A DNA stretch of 57,705 nt from Hyphomicrobiaceae bacterium (GTDB taxonomy: Bacteria; Pseudomonadota; Alphaproteobacteria; Rhizobiales; Hyphomicrobiaceae): assembly GCA_035436725.1 (NCBI GenBank), contig DAOMWV010000001.1, positions 1-57,705 of the forward strand. Direction: 5' to 3'. Under the pieces are notes generated by a model. The model had not been told where the DNA came from. It was given only the letters and a program-made list of their open reading frames with translations, and made no database searches. Made by a program: the position numbers and the translations under genes. This document shows positions 35,615 through 45,097 of the stretch, piece after piece; position 1 is the first letter of the stretch, and the number at the start of each line of letters is the position of its first letter.

Positions 35615-37015
35615 GTGAAAAGTCTAAAAAAAGCGATTGGCAGCCTCGACGCCGACTCGGCCACGAAAATGGTTTCGATGGCGTCGGACATAGCTGTCGT
35701 CGTCGACCAGAACGGTGTGGTCCGCGACTTGTCGATCGGCAGCGAAACCTTGTCCAAAAGCTCCGAAGTCGGCTCCTGGATCGGGCAGAGGTGGGTCGAC
35801 ACGGTCACGGTAGAAAGCCGACCAAAAATCGAACAGCTCCTGAAAGACGCCGAACGGCGGATGCCGCCGCAATGGCGCCAGGTCAATCATCCCGGTAACA
35901 GCGGCAAGGCCGACCTTCCGGTCCGCTACGCAACGATGATGGTGGGCGGAAGCGGGCGGATCATGGCATTCGGTCGCGAACTGCGGTCGATCTCTCTGCT
36001 CCAGCAGAAGCTCGTCGAGGCACAACAGGCGATGGAGCGTGAGTACGCGCGCGTCCGCTTCGCTGAGACACGGTATCGCCTGCTCTTCCAGATTTCGAGC
36101 GAGCCCGTCCTCATTGTTGATGCGTCGAACCTGCGCATTACAGAAGTCAATCCGGCAGCGCAGCGATTACTCGGCCCCGTTCCGAAGCGTATCGTCGGCC
36201 GCGCCTTTCCTGAGCTTTTCGATGCCGCCGGGGCCAGCGGAGCACAGCGGCTGGTCGACCAGCTGAGATCTGGCTCCAAGTCTGAACCGATCACCGTCAA
36301 ACTGCATTCCGACGGAACCACTGTGGAATTGACGGGATCGCTCTTTCGCCAGGATGGATCGTCGCATCTTCTGATTCGCTTATCACCAGACGGCAGCGGC
36401 GCGAAAATCGCCAGCCCTCGCCCCCGTCAGCTGTCCAATCTCCTTGAAAAGATGCCGGACGCGATCGTCGTTACGGATCTTGACCGGAAAATTCTGATAG
36501 CGAATGCAGCCTTCCTTGAGATCGCGCAGCTCGCGGCCCCACAGCAAGCAATGGGAGAATTGGTCGATCGCTGGCTCGGACGCTCGACGACCGAATTCAA
36601 CATCCTGCTCAACAACATGCGGGAACACGGATCGGTCAGGAGCTTCCCGACCGTCGTCCGAGGAGAACTCGGTCTGTTCGAAGACGTCGAAGTTTCGGCC
36701 GTCGCCGTCGAGCATGGCGAGCAGCCGTGCTTCGGCTTTACCATGAGGCCGGTCGCTCGACGCGCGGCAATGGACGGCCAAGGCACCCACGATCTCGTTC
36801 AGTCGGTAAACCAGCTCAAAGGCCTCGTTGGCCAGGTTCCGCTGAAAAACCTTGTGCGCGAAACGACAGACCTGATCGAACGAATGTGCATCGAAGCGGC
36901 GCTGCAGCTCGTCGGAGACAACAGAGCTTCGGCAGCAGAAATGCTCGGCCTCAGCCGCCAGAGCCTGTACGTCAAGCTGCGTCGTTACGGTCTCGGCGAC
37001 CTCGACACCGATTGA
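35615..37015 (+). CDS. ppsR: Photosynthesis gene repressor PpsR/CrtJ
   Basis: 466 aa with several PAS-like segments and a C-terminal Fis-type HTH (NRASAAEMLGLSRQSLYVKLRRYGL). The N-terminus LDADSATKMVSMASDIAVVVDQNGVVRD is typical of PpsR. Confidence 0.88.
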   Translation: MKSLKKAIGSLDADSATKMVSMASDIAVVVDQNGVVRDLSIGSETLSKSSEVGSWIGQRWVDTVTVESRPKIEQLLKDAERRMPPQWRQVNHPGNSGKADLPVRYATMMVGGSGRIMAFGRELRSISLLQQKLVEAQQAMEREYARVRFAETRYRLLFQISSEPVLIVDASNLRITEVNPAAQRLLGPVPKRIVGRAFPELFDAAGASGAQRLVDQLRSGSKSEPITVKLHSDGTTVELTGSLFRQDGSSHLLIRLSPDGSGAKIASPRPRQLSNLLEKMPDAIVVTDLDRKILIANAAFLEIAQLAAPQQAMGELVDRWLGRSTTEFNILLNNMREHGSVRSFPTVVRGELGLFEDVEVSAVAVEHGEQPCFGFTMRPVARRAAMDGQGTHDLVQSVNQLKGLVGQVPLKNLVRETTDLIERMCIEAALQLVGDNRASAAEMLGLSRQSLYVKLRRYGLGDLDTD

Positions 37016-37205
37016 AGCGCGCGGCATGCTAGGCATCCAAACCGGCTGAATCCGGTATGAAACCCACCCATGAGCCGTCGACGAAGATGGTTCGACGCCA
37101 TTCTCACTTTCTCCGACTGAAAAAAGCAGCCGTGTGTTACGCTGCGATCTTGAGTACCACCGCCATCGTGCTGGTCGGGCTTCCCGCGTTTAGAACGAGG
37201 GTGTG

Positions 37206-37763
37206 ATGTCGTTGCGCCACAAACTTCGGGAGCAGACGTTCGAACAGCACAGGGCGCTGGATACTCTCGTATCGAACCAAGGTTACTTCGAAACCCTTGC
37301 GGGTTATGGACGGTGGCTTGAAGCCTCGCTCCGCTTTCACACCCTCGTGCGAGACGAATTGGCGAACGCAGCAGAGAACACGGCGATATTGCCCGCCGGG
37401 TTCGACAGACGCATTGCCCTACTCGAACAGGACCTCGCAGATCTCGGCATCACATCCCGCGGCGCGCTTGCGGCTCCCACCATCAACCCATCCGATGAGA
37501 TCGAAATTCTCGGTACGCTTTACGTGACGGAAGGTTCCGCACTGGGGGCGAAGGTGCTTGCGATTCGCGCCCGGACACTGGGACTGACCGAGACCAATGG
37601 CGCACGGCACCTGTTCGATCAGGCGAAGGACCTTTCCTCTTGGCGCATCGTGCGAGAAACGTTGGAGACTGTGAAACTCGAGTCAGACGACGAAGCCCGC
37701 ATGGTCGCCGCAAGTTGCCGGACATTCGAGGCGGCAGCGAAAATCTATGGTGATGGGCGATGA
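37206..37763 (+). CDS. bphO: Heme oxygenase (BphO type, supplies biliverdin)
   Basis: MSLRHKLREQTFEQHRALD...GTLYVTEGSALGAKVL is typical of bacterial heme oxygenases paired with phytochromes. Its stop overlaps the bphP start (ATGA 37760-37763). Confidence 0.85.
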   Translation: MSLRHKLREQTFEQHRALDTLVSNQGYFETLAGYGRWLEASLRFHTLVRDELANAAENTAILPAGFDRRIALLEQDLADLGITSRGALAAPTINPSDEIEILGTLYVTEGSALGAKVLAIRARTLGLTETNGARHLFDQAKDLSSWRIVRETLETVKLESDDEARMVAASCRTFEAAAKIYGDGR

Positions 37764-40339
37764 CACGGCCAGTCACTGAAACCGACCTGTCCTCCTGCGA
37801 TCGCGAGCCGATCCATATACCGGGAAGTGTGCAGCCTTTTGGCGCCATGCTCGCCTGCGACAGCACGAGCTGGATCGTAACGCATGCCTCCGAAAACATA
37901 GGCATCACCGGTCACCCCGCTTCCACTGTCATCGGCCGCCAGCTCAAGAATGTCGTCGGTCGCGACACGTTCCACGCCATCACGAATGCGCTCTCGACGG
38001 TTGCAGCTCCCGGCATCCCAGGTCGGCTCTTCGATCACGAACTCGAGACGGGTCAGCGCTGGAATATTTCGGTGCATGATATGGCCGGCCGAACCGTCGT
38101 CGAGTTCGAACCCGTGCAGACGAGCTACAAGGAAGCCGCAGCGCTACTCATCGTGCGAAGCATGCTTGCCCGGATGCAGGGCGCGCACACGGCGCTCGAC
38201 GTCTGTCGCATTGCCGCCGACCAACTTCGGCTCCTCATAGATTTCGATCGGGTGATGATCTACCGGTTCCTCGAAGACGGATCCGGTCGCGTGGTCGCCG
38301 AAAGTCGCGTTGAAGGCGTCCAGTCCTTTCTGGGTCATCATTATCCGGCCTCTGATATCCCGAAGCAGGCTCGGGCTCTATATCTGAAGAACTGGCTTCG
38401 GCTCATTGCCGACGTGGATTCCGACCCTGTCCCTATATTTGCGGGCCCCGAGCATCACAGCACTGATCTCGATCTCACCTATTGCAGCCTTAGAAGCGTT
38501 TCCCCGATCCACATCGAGTATTTGCAGAACATGGGCGTTCGCGCATCCATGTCGATCTCGATCATCGTCGGAGGGTCATTGTGGGGCCTCATCGCGTGCC
38601 ACAACAATCATCCGCGCATCGTGCCACCGGACGTCCGGGTAGCATCAGAATTCTTCGGCCAGGCGTTTTCGCTGCAGTTGCAGACGCTCGAGCGGGCGGA
38701 CGTCGCAGAAATGCTGCACGAAGCGCGGCGACGGCTGGACCTCTTCATGAGCAGTCTGCCGTCCAGCAGCTCACTCGTGGAGGCGCTCGGCCCGCGATTG
38801 GAACAGATCGCGTCACTGCTGCCCTGCGATGGGGTAGGGCTCTGGGTGGACGGACATTGGATGCACCACGGATTGGTGCCGCCCGCGCCTGATGTCACGG
38901 CACTGATCGGATTCCTCGACGAAGTCGTAAGCGACGCATGTTATGCGACAAACCAGCTGCCGATCGTTCACCCTCCGGCAACATCCTATGCGGATTCTGC
39001 GAGCGGTCTACTCGCCGTTCCGTTGTCCCGCTTGCCCGGTGATTATCTGATCCTGTTTCGGAAGGAAGTGATCGGCACGATAGCCTGGGCAGGAAACCCG
39101 GAAAAACTCGCCGTCTGGTCCGATGGTGCGGAGCGGCTGTCGCCACGGAAGAGCTTCGAGTTGTGGCGCGAAGAAGTCAGACACAGGTCGGCAGTCTGGG
39201 AGCCACAGGAACGCCTGACCGCCGAAGCTCTACGGATGTCATTGTTCGAGATCGTCCTGAAGCTCAGTGAGCTTACAGCCAGAGAGCGCTCGAAAGCCGC
39301 TGAGCAGCAGCGCATCTATGCGACCGAGTTCAATCACAGGGTCAAGAATGCACTCGCGCTCATCCGTGCCCTGGTCTCCCAGAGCAAGGATCAGAGCAGC
39401 TCCTTGCCATCGTTCGTCGCCGATCTCGAAGGCCGGATACGGTCTCTCGCTATGGCGCATGATCTGGCGACCCGACCGGGTACGATCGCCCTCCAGCGAT
39501 TGCTGGAGGTCGAACTCACCCCATTCAATGCGCCGGCGAGCGACAGACTCATCCTTTCCGGCCCGGCAATTTATCTCGATGCACGCGCGTCCACCGTGCT
39601 GTCGCTCGTCGTGCATGAACTGACGACGAACGCGGTGAAGTATGGATCGCTCTCGGTACCGGAAGGAATTCTGAGTGTCAGGTGGACGCTCGAGGACGAA
39701 GGCGCCTGCAAGATCGAATGGATCGAGCGTAATGGGCCAACGGTCGAAAAACAGACGAGGACGGGCTTCGGCTCGCTGCTGATTACGCGCCAGGTCGCAT
39801 TCGAATTGGGCGGGCGCACGTCCCTCAATTTTTTCGCGACCGGTCTGGAAGCGACATTCTGGATCCCGGCCGCCAATCTGTCTCTCGAAGCCGAATCCGT
39901 ATCGGATACTGGACAGACATCGGAGGCCCGTTCAGGCACCGCGTATCGCACGACGCCTCTAGAAAACGTTCTTGTCGTCGAGGACAGCCTCATTCTCGCT
40001 GTCGATCTGGAGACGGCACTGCGCCGGCTCGGTGCTAAGAACGTTTACGTCTCCGGTAGCCTGAACGATGCGATTATGATCGCCGAGAGTGCGGAACTTG
40101 ATATCGCCATCCTTGATATCAACCTCAAGGACCAGCCCTCGTTCCCGATCGCTGACCGACTTACAGAACGCGGTATTCCTTTTATTTTCGCGACCGGATA
40201 TGGCCGCGATTGGCAGTTTCCTGACCGCTTCGAATCCGTCCCGGTGCTGGCCAAGCCGTTCACAAACTCGGCCTTGCAGGCTGCCATCGAAACAGCCCTT
40301 GCTGCGCTGCAAAACAAAATGGCGACGCCGGAAGGCTAA
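37760..40339 (+). CDS. bphP: Bacteriophytochrome with PAS-GAF-PHY photosensory core, HWE-type histidine kinase and C-terminal receiver domain (859 aa)
   Basis: Biliverdin Cys in SSCDREPIHIPGSVQPFG, HYPASDIPKQARALY and SPIHIEYLQNMGVRASMSISI. HWE/HisKA_2 H-box FNHRVKNALALIRALV and IEWIERNGP. Receiver motifs VLVVEDS, DIAILDINL, FATGYG and LAKPF. Confidence 0.9.
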   Translation: MTRPVTETDLSSCDREPIHIPGSVQPFGAMLACDSTSWIVTHASENIGITGHPASTVIGRQLKNVVGRDTFHAITNALSTVAAPGIPGRLFDHELETGQRWNISVHDMAGRTVVEFEPVQTSYKEAAALLIVRSMLARMQGAHTALDVCRIAADQLRLLIDFDRVMIYRFLEDGSGRVVAESRVEGVQSFLGHHYPASDIPKQARALYLKNWLRLIADVDSDPVPIFAGPEHHSTDLDLTYCSLRSVSPIHIEYLQNMGVRASMSISIIVGGSLWGLIACHNNHPRIVPPDVRVASEFFGQAFSLQLQTLERADVAEMLHEARRRLDLFMSSLPSSSSLVEALGPRLEQIASLLPCDGVGLWVDGHWMHHGLVPPAPDVTALIGFLDEVVSDACYATNQLPIVHPPATSYADSASGLLAVPLSRLPGDYLILFRKEVIGTIAWAGNPEKLAVWSDGAERLSPRKSFELWREEVRHRSAVWEPQERLTAEALRMSLFEIVLKLSELTARERSKAAEQQRIYATEFNHRVKNALALIRALVSQSKDQSSSLPSFVADLEGRIRSLAMAHDLATRPGTIALQRLLEVELTPFNAPASDRLILSGPAIYLDARASTVLSLVVHELTTNAVKYGSLSVPEGILSVRWTLEDEGACKIEWIERNGPTVEKQTRTGFGSLLITRQVAFELGGRTSLNFFATGLEATFWIPAANLSLEAESVSDTGQTSEARSGTAYRTTPLENVLVVEDSLILAVDLETALRRLGAKNVYVSGSLNDAIMIAESAELDIAILDINLKDQPSFPIADRLTERGIPFIFATGYGRDWQFPDRFESVPVLAKPFTNSALQAAIETALAALQNKMATPEG

Positions 40340-40483
40340 AGCTACTCCAATGCGAGCACCGGCCATGAAACAGCCCGCCGTATCCGATCGGTATTCAAGT
40401 ATCGTCCAGGGCTGGTACACTCGCTTATAGCCGGCTCGTCGCAGGAAAGGTGCGCGATACGGTGACCAGATGCACAGGTAGCA

Positions 40484-41143
40484 ATGGAGCAGATGATGGA
40501 GCCTGCAATCAGTCTGGCACTCGTGGATGACGAACCGGCATTTCTCTTCGAGATGTCGCAAAAGCTGCAAGCTCTCGGCTTTAACACCCGAAGCTACCGC
40601 GAGGCCGCCACACTGCTGGCGGACATCAATCGGGGACAGCGATTTTCGTGCATCGCAGCCGACGTTCGGATGCCCGGCATGACCGGGCTCGATCTGCAGC
40701 GCGATCTGGTTCGTCTGGCACTTCCGGTGCCGCTCATTCTCTTCACCGGGTTTTCAGACATCGACATCGCCGTGTCGGCGATGAAGGCGGGGGCCGCGGA
40801 CTTTCTCGGCAAGCCGATCGACGTCGACCGATTGGCGGGTAGCATCCGGAATGCAATCGCGGAGGCGCGACGGCGCGACAAGGAACGAGCGGAATCGGCG
40901 GAGGTGGCAGCCCGTGTTGCCGAACTCGGCGATCGTCACCTGCAGGTTCTCAACCTCATGGTGCAGGGCTTGACCAGCAAACAGATCGCGGCGGCAATGA
41001 GTATTAATCATCGGACTATCGAAAACTATCGCGCGCACGTCATGGAGCACATTGGTGTCAGCAACATTGCGCAATTGGTGCGCGTCATGATGCGGCTCGA
41101 GGCAAGCCAGCCAGGTCAAGTTTCCCCTAAGAAGGACGGATGA
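40484..41143 (+). CDS. FixJ/NarL-type response regulator (receiver + LuxR-type HTH)
   Basis: LVDDEP, the phospho-acceptor context IAADVRMPGMTGLDL, LFTGF and GKP. C-terminal LQVLNLMVQGLTSKQIAAAMSINHRTIENYRAHVMEHIGV. Confidence 0.85.
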   Translation: MEQMMEPAISLALVDDEPAFLFEMSQKLQALGFNTRSYREAATLLADINRGQRFSCIAADVRMPGMTGLDLQRDLVRLALPVPLILFTGFSDIDIAVSAMKAGAADFLGKPIDVDRLAGSIRNAIAEARRRDKERAESAEVAARVAELGDRHLQVLNLMVQGLTSKQIAAAMSINHRTIENYRAHVMEHIGVSNIAQLVRVMMRLEASQPGQVSPKKDG

Positions 41144-41370
41144 GCCGCAATCGCCGCCGCACCATCGAAATCCGCCCGGATTGACTCGGCAGCCTCTGAT
41201 CGCGTCGGCGGCGGGCTCGGCGACAAGATCTGAAGCGAAGTCCGTAGAGTTCCTGCCGCTTCATGTCGCAGCACCTGCAGCGATGGCGCCGACGATGTCA
41301 ATCGGCATCCAATTTTGCCCGGGGCGCCTTGGCCCGCAACGCCCGAACGGCATGCTTGCGATGCCACCCG

Positions 41371-41481
41371 GTCGTCGAGAATGCGCCCCTTCTCCCGCCA
41401 GACCGCCAGACCGCCAGACCGGTAACGCTCCGCTGCCGCCGTCAACTCTCGTCGCGCTGCCAAGCTGATCGTCCCCGCCAT
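41371..41481 (-). pseudogene. Possible N-terminal remnant of a DDE transposase/integrase-core gene
   Basis: The translation SLAARRELTAAAERYRSGG...REKGRILDD resembles, from memory, the conserved N-terminal ...ARRELxxxxxxRYRxxxxxEKGRILDE... segment of a transposase family. Similarity stops after about 37 aa, and no intact ORF follows. Confidence 0.25.
41397..41420. repeat. 8-bp microsatellite, GCCAGACC x3
   Basis: Direct reading: gccagacc gccagacc gccagacc at 41397-41420, inside the putative transposase remnant. Confidence 0.9.
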
Positions 41482-42070
41482 GGGACGCCACCAGCCGGAT
41501 CCAACAGCGCCTACGCAGTCACGGCGCGAAGTTCCTCAGTAACTTTCTCGATTAGGCAATGCGGCGGCAAGGTTGGGTGCCGATCGACAGTGAACGACAC
41601 ATCGCACGCCTCCCCTGAATGTCACTCCCCAGACAGATAGGCCGGAAAGGCCACGAGGACGGCCGTAAGGGCGCTTTCTTTGCCCAATGGTGCAGGTAGC
41701 CAAAACCGCCAATTCAGCTCAGGCACTCATCCCAGTCCATTTCACCGTACGCCTGGGTCGTGCGATCTCAGCTGTAAGCTGCGGAGAGCCCCGGATAGTG
41801 CCACCGGCTTCGCCTGCGCGCCGTCGGCTTCCCTTCTCGCCATCTCGGCCCTGCGGGCCTGCGATGGCTCCAGCGTCGCTAACGCTCCTCGGGGTCGCGC
41901 CGTGCGGGCGCTCTAGCCTGCGGCCCGCTCTGCATCCTGGAGTCCGGGGAAATGCTTCATCCGGCCTGCGGCGTGTCCTTCAGCCCTACGTGTGGGAGCC
42001 TCGCGTGCGGCTCGGCCGTGGGAAAGGTGGGGTGGGGCAAGCATCAATACTACCCGCCCTTGCTCCCGGT

Positions 42071-44389
42071 TTAACTCGATTCCCCGTCCTTCGCCGCCCG
42101 ATAGTCCTGGGGCATGCTTTCAGGCCCGGGCTCGTGCGAAGTCTGCCGGCGCCACTGCTCATGATTGGCCTTCCGCTCAGCCCTGGCCCGCTTGACGGCG
42201 TCGGCGTCGATGACATCCACCCCGAACTTCCCAGCCATGAGGCACACCTCCTCGAACAACCGCCGGAGCACGCGCTCGGGGTCAGTTGCATGGCGCATGT
42301 GAAGCATACCTTCGTGAACCCGCCAAAGTTCGATGGACAACAGATCCGGAGAAATCCCAGCCGCCACGATTCTGTTCAGCTTGGCCACGACACGGTCCGG
42401 CGCCTTGGACCGCGACTTCGCTCTGGCGCACCGCAGCACCTCTCCCGTGTCCCGCGGCATTCCGTCCCATGCCAGCCACTGAGCAAGATTAAACTTTGAA
42501 GGTCCCTCCTCCCCCCCCTGGAACTCTCTCCAGTTAGTATGCATCGTAGGATTTGCCGATGCTGGGTCACCCTGAAGGGGGGGCGAGGGTGGCGGATTTG
42601 CCGATGCTGAATAACCCTCCCATGCAGCAGATTTCTGGCGCAATATCTGGTCCGCTTCGCGACCCTTTTTTCCAGATTCTGGCCGGTGGGAAAGCCGCTG
42701 GCGGCGATCTTCGATAAGGGCGGCCCATGTCATACCGTGCGGCAGGGTCAGGGCGTAACTTGCCCCCTTGCGCCCATGCGCGCCGATCTCGTTGCCGCTG
42801 GAGGCTATCAGCAGTTCGAGTCTGACTAGCCCCTTAACCGCCCGCCAGAGATCGCGGTTGTCCCACCCCGCCGACGACCCGTCCGACAATTCGGCGCAAT
42901 AGGACCGCCCGCCGCGATAAGCGACCCCTACTGGCCCTTTACCATCGTCCCGGCCGTGCAGGTCGTCGTAAATCAATTGCAGAACCGCAAGCTCGCGACG
43001 CGATGCTTTAGAGCGATGTGCCAGCCGCCGATGCGCGTCCTTTGCCTCGCTGCGCAAATCACGGCCACCCGATTCCGTCGTGACGCTCAAGGCATGGAAA
43101 GCACGGCCAGCATCAGCGACGGCTTGACCTCGACGCGAGATCGCTGGCGTCTTCGTAGGGAGCGGCGAGAGGCCATATTTGACTCGCCGGTTGTCGAATC
43201 CGAAATTGTTCGCGAGCTTGAACAGAGTATTCACCGTGTAAAAGGTCTCGCGCCCGCCCGGTGAGGCAAAGGAAATCCAGCGCTCTCGGGCATCCCGTTC
43301 GTTCCACCTCTCCGGTTCGCCGGTAAAGCCGAGCATTGCATCACCCGCTGAGACCGACCTCCACAAGTCGAAGCCGCGTTCACTTCCCTTCATGAAGACA
43401 TGCAGCGCCATCCCGACCATGAGCCAAGTCGCGCGTGTTCTGAGGTCGTAGGTGACGCCCCACAGCGCGATTGGTGGCCCACCAGCGCGACTTGCCTGAT
43501 CGACCTTGTCCAGGTGCCTAAGGGCGTCAATTAGGCGCGTCAGTTCGCGTTCGTCTTCATTCCATACTTCGCGCCCGATTTGCCACCGACTACCGAGTTC
43601 GCGGGGGCCATTTTCAGAGGCGGCGCGCTCGTCTTCGCTATCCGCTTCGGTGGCGAGAAAATCGGCAAGTTCCCGCGCGTCTACCGGCCGATACTGGCAG
43701 ATTTCAATGTCGACGGTCACGACCCTTGGCGCAACGGGCCAAGACAGTCCGCGACGCTTCGCCTTGTCGGCCGTTGTATAGTACAGTGTACCGGGCACAC
43801 GCCAGATGTGGTTAGGGTCATGAGCGTTCAGCTCTTTGTCGCCAACAAATTTTGCGAGACTGGCCACGAGCTGGCGGGCGTAAGATACCGGAACTGGCTC
43901 CTTGAAAAGATAAACTCCATGAGCGTTCCCTACGCTAGTGGTCATGGTCACAGACGGCAGCGGCCTCAGCATTGAAATCAAACTGACGTTCTGACCGTGG
44001 TCTGCATCCACGTCGCAACCGACGCCGAGCACGAATGCGATATCCTCCTGCATACCGCGCGACCGTCGCTTGAGTGTGGTTTTGCGGTATACGACGGGCG
44101 CGAGATAGACGTTCATGCCATCTTCGCGCGACCAACGCGCCGCAGTCTGAGCCATTGCCATTGACTTACCGATCGTAAAGCGCGCAACCCGGAACCTATC
44201 CCCCGACGCAGCAGGCTCTGGACGTTTGCCCACAAGGGTCATGACATGCTGTGCGCGCTCGTTTAGTGGCACCGCCACGAGCGCGCAGCTCATCACGAGC
44301 TCGCAGTAGTGTTGAATAGCTGCGAGATTGGGCATCACGTTGCCCGATGCCGCTTGACCCGAAGATTCGGGCACTGTGTCAGATGTCAT
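42071..44389 (-). CDS. Primase-polymerase type replication protein of an integrative element (772 aa)
   Basis: N-terminal RepB/prim-pol-like motifs (MNVYLAPVVY, GCDVDADHG, NAHGVYLF, HIWRVPGTLYY). The central part resembles the PriCT-2 primase C-terminal domain (WLMVGMALHVF...GFDLWRSVS...ERWNERDARERWISF). About 370 aa at the C-terminus are unassigned. Confidence 0.65.
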   Translation of the reverse strand: MTSDTVPESSGQAASGNVMPNLAAIQHYCELVMSCALVAVPLNERAQHVMTLVGKRPEPAASGDRFRVARFTIGKSMAMAQTAARWSREDGMNVYLAPVVYRKTTLKRRSRGMQEDIAFVLGVGCDVDADHGQNVSLISMLRPLPSVTMTTSVGNAHGVYLFKEPVPVSYARQLVASLAKFVGDKELNAHDPNHIWRVPGTLYYTTADKAKRRGLSWPVAPRVVTVDIEICQYRPVDARELADFLATEADSEDERAASENGPRELGSRWQIGREVWNEDERELTRLIDALRHLDKVDQASRAGGPPIALWGVTYDLRTRATWLMVGMALHVFMKGSERGFDLWRSVSAGDAMLGFTGEPERWNERDARERWISFASPGGRETFYTVNTLFKLANNFGFDNRRVKYGLSPLPTKTPAISRRGQAVADAGRAFHALSVTTESGGRDLRSEAKDAHRRLAHRSKASRRELAVLQLIYDDLHGRDDGKGPVGVAYRGGRSYCAELSDGSSAGWDNRDLWRAVKGLVRLELLIASSGNEIGAHGRKGASYALTLPHGMTWAALIEDRRQRLSHRPESGKKGREADQILRQKSAAWEGYSASANPPPSPPLQGDPASANPTMHTNWREFQGGEEGPSKFNLAQWLAWDGMPRDTGEVLRCARAKSRSKAPDRVVAKLNRIVAAGISPDLLSIELWRVHEGMLHMRHATDPERVLRRLFEEVCLMAGKFGVDVIDADAVKRARAERKANHEQWRRQTSHEPGPESMPQDYRAAKDGESS

Positions 44390-44521
44390 CTGAAGGACCT
44401 ATGTGCCTCACGCGCCCGCTCCTCCTGTCCAAGGTTCAGAGCCCCCGCGTCATCATCGAAAACCTAGGAATTCAATCAGCGCTTGGCTGTTAGACCTGGG
44501 GTTTATTCGTGGTTGAATCAC

Positions 44522-44842
44522 TTACGCTGCGCGCTCGGCAGGGGGCCTCAGACGGCGCTTCTTGTGTGCGCTGCGTGCCGTCACGGCGATACGGCTGCTA
44601 GCAGCATAATCGGCATCTGCTACACCCTGGTCGCGAGCCATGCGAAGACCCTCGACCCACGCGTCGATTTCATCGGAGAGCCAGAACGTGCGGCGACCGA
44701 ACTTCACATGACGTGGGAATTTGCCGTCACGGATCGCTTCGTAGATTGTCGCACGGCACACCCCAGTGAACTCGATCACTTGGGCGAGACTGAGCGGGCG
44801 AACAACAGAATCGTGTGATTTCAGGCTGCTAGTAGAAGTCAT
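44522..44842 (-). CDS. alpA: AlpA-family phage/island transcriptional regulator (excisionase-like HTH)
   Basis: LSLAQVIEFTGVCRATIYEAIRDGKFPRHVKFGRRTFWLSDEIDAWV is the AlpA/MerR-type HTH signature. Lies between the integrase and primase genes. Confidence 0.8.
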   Translation of the reverse strand: MTSTSSLKSHDSVVRPLSLAQVIEFTGVCRATIYEAIRDGKFPRHVKFGRRTFWLSDEIDAWVEGLRMARDQGVADADYAASSRIAVTARSAHKKRRLRPPAERAA

Positions 44843-45097
44843 GGGCGGCTCTCGGATATCGAGTTGTTCCGTTCCATAACGGTGGCGATCACCACCGACG
44901 CAGTGGGCGAGCCTGCGTCATCTCTTCCCGCTCAGCCTTCTATCGGGAACTCACCATCGCTCATTGGCAATGGACAGGGTACGAGCCCTGTAGTGTGCAT
45001 GAAGGGCGCTTGTTTCCGCCTCAACCTATTGGCTTGTCATCGATGGACTCGACGGCCCGTCTTTGATCCCAGTTTGCCGGAATTTGGTCAAGTGGCG

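Noticed and set aside
41687-42499. 270-aa plus-strand ORF, and the 125-aa ORF at 41263-41640, in the gap left of the islet.
   Set aside because: Both have low-complexity Pro/Arg/Ser-rich translations and no SD or recognisable domain. The 270-aa ORF overlaps the 3' end of the prim-pol gene on the opposite strand. I treated the region as non-coding.
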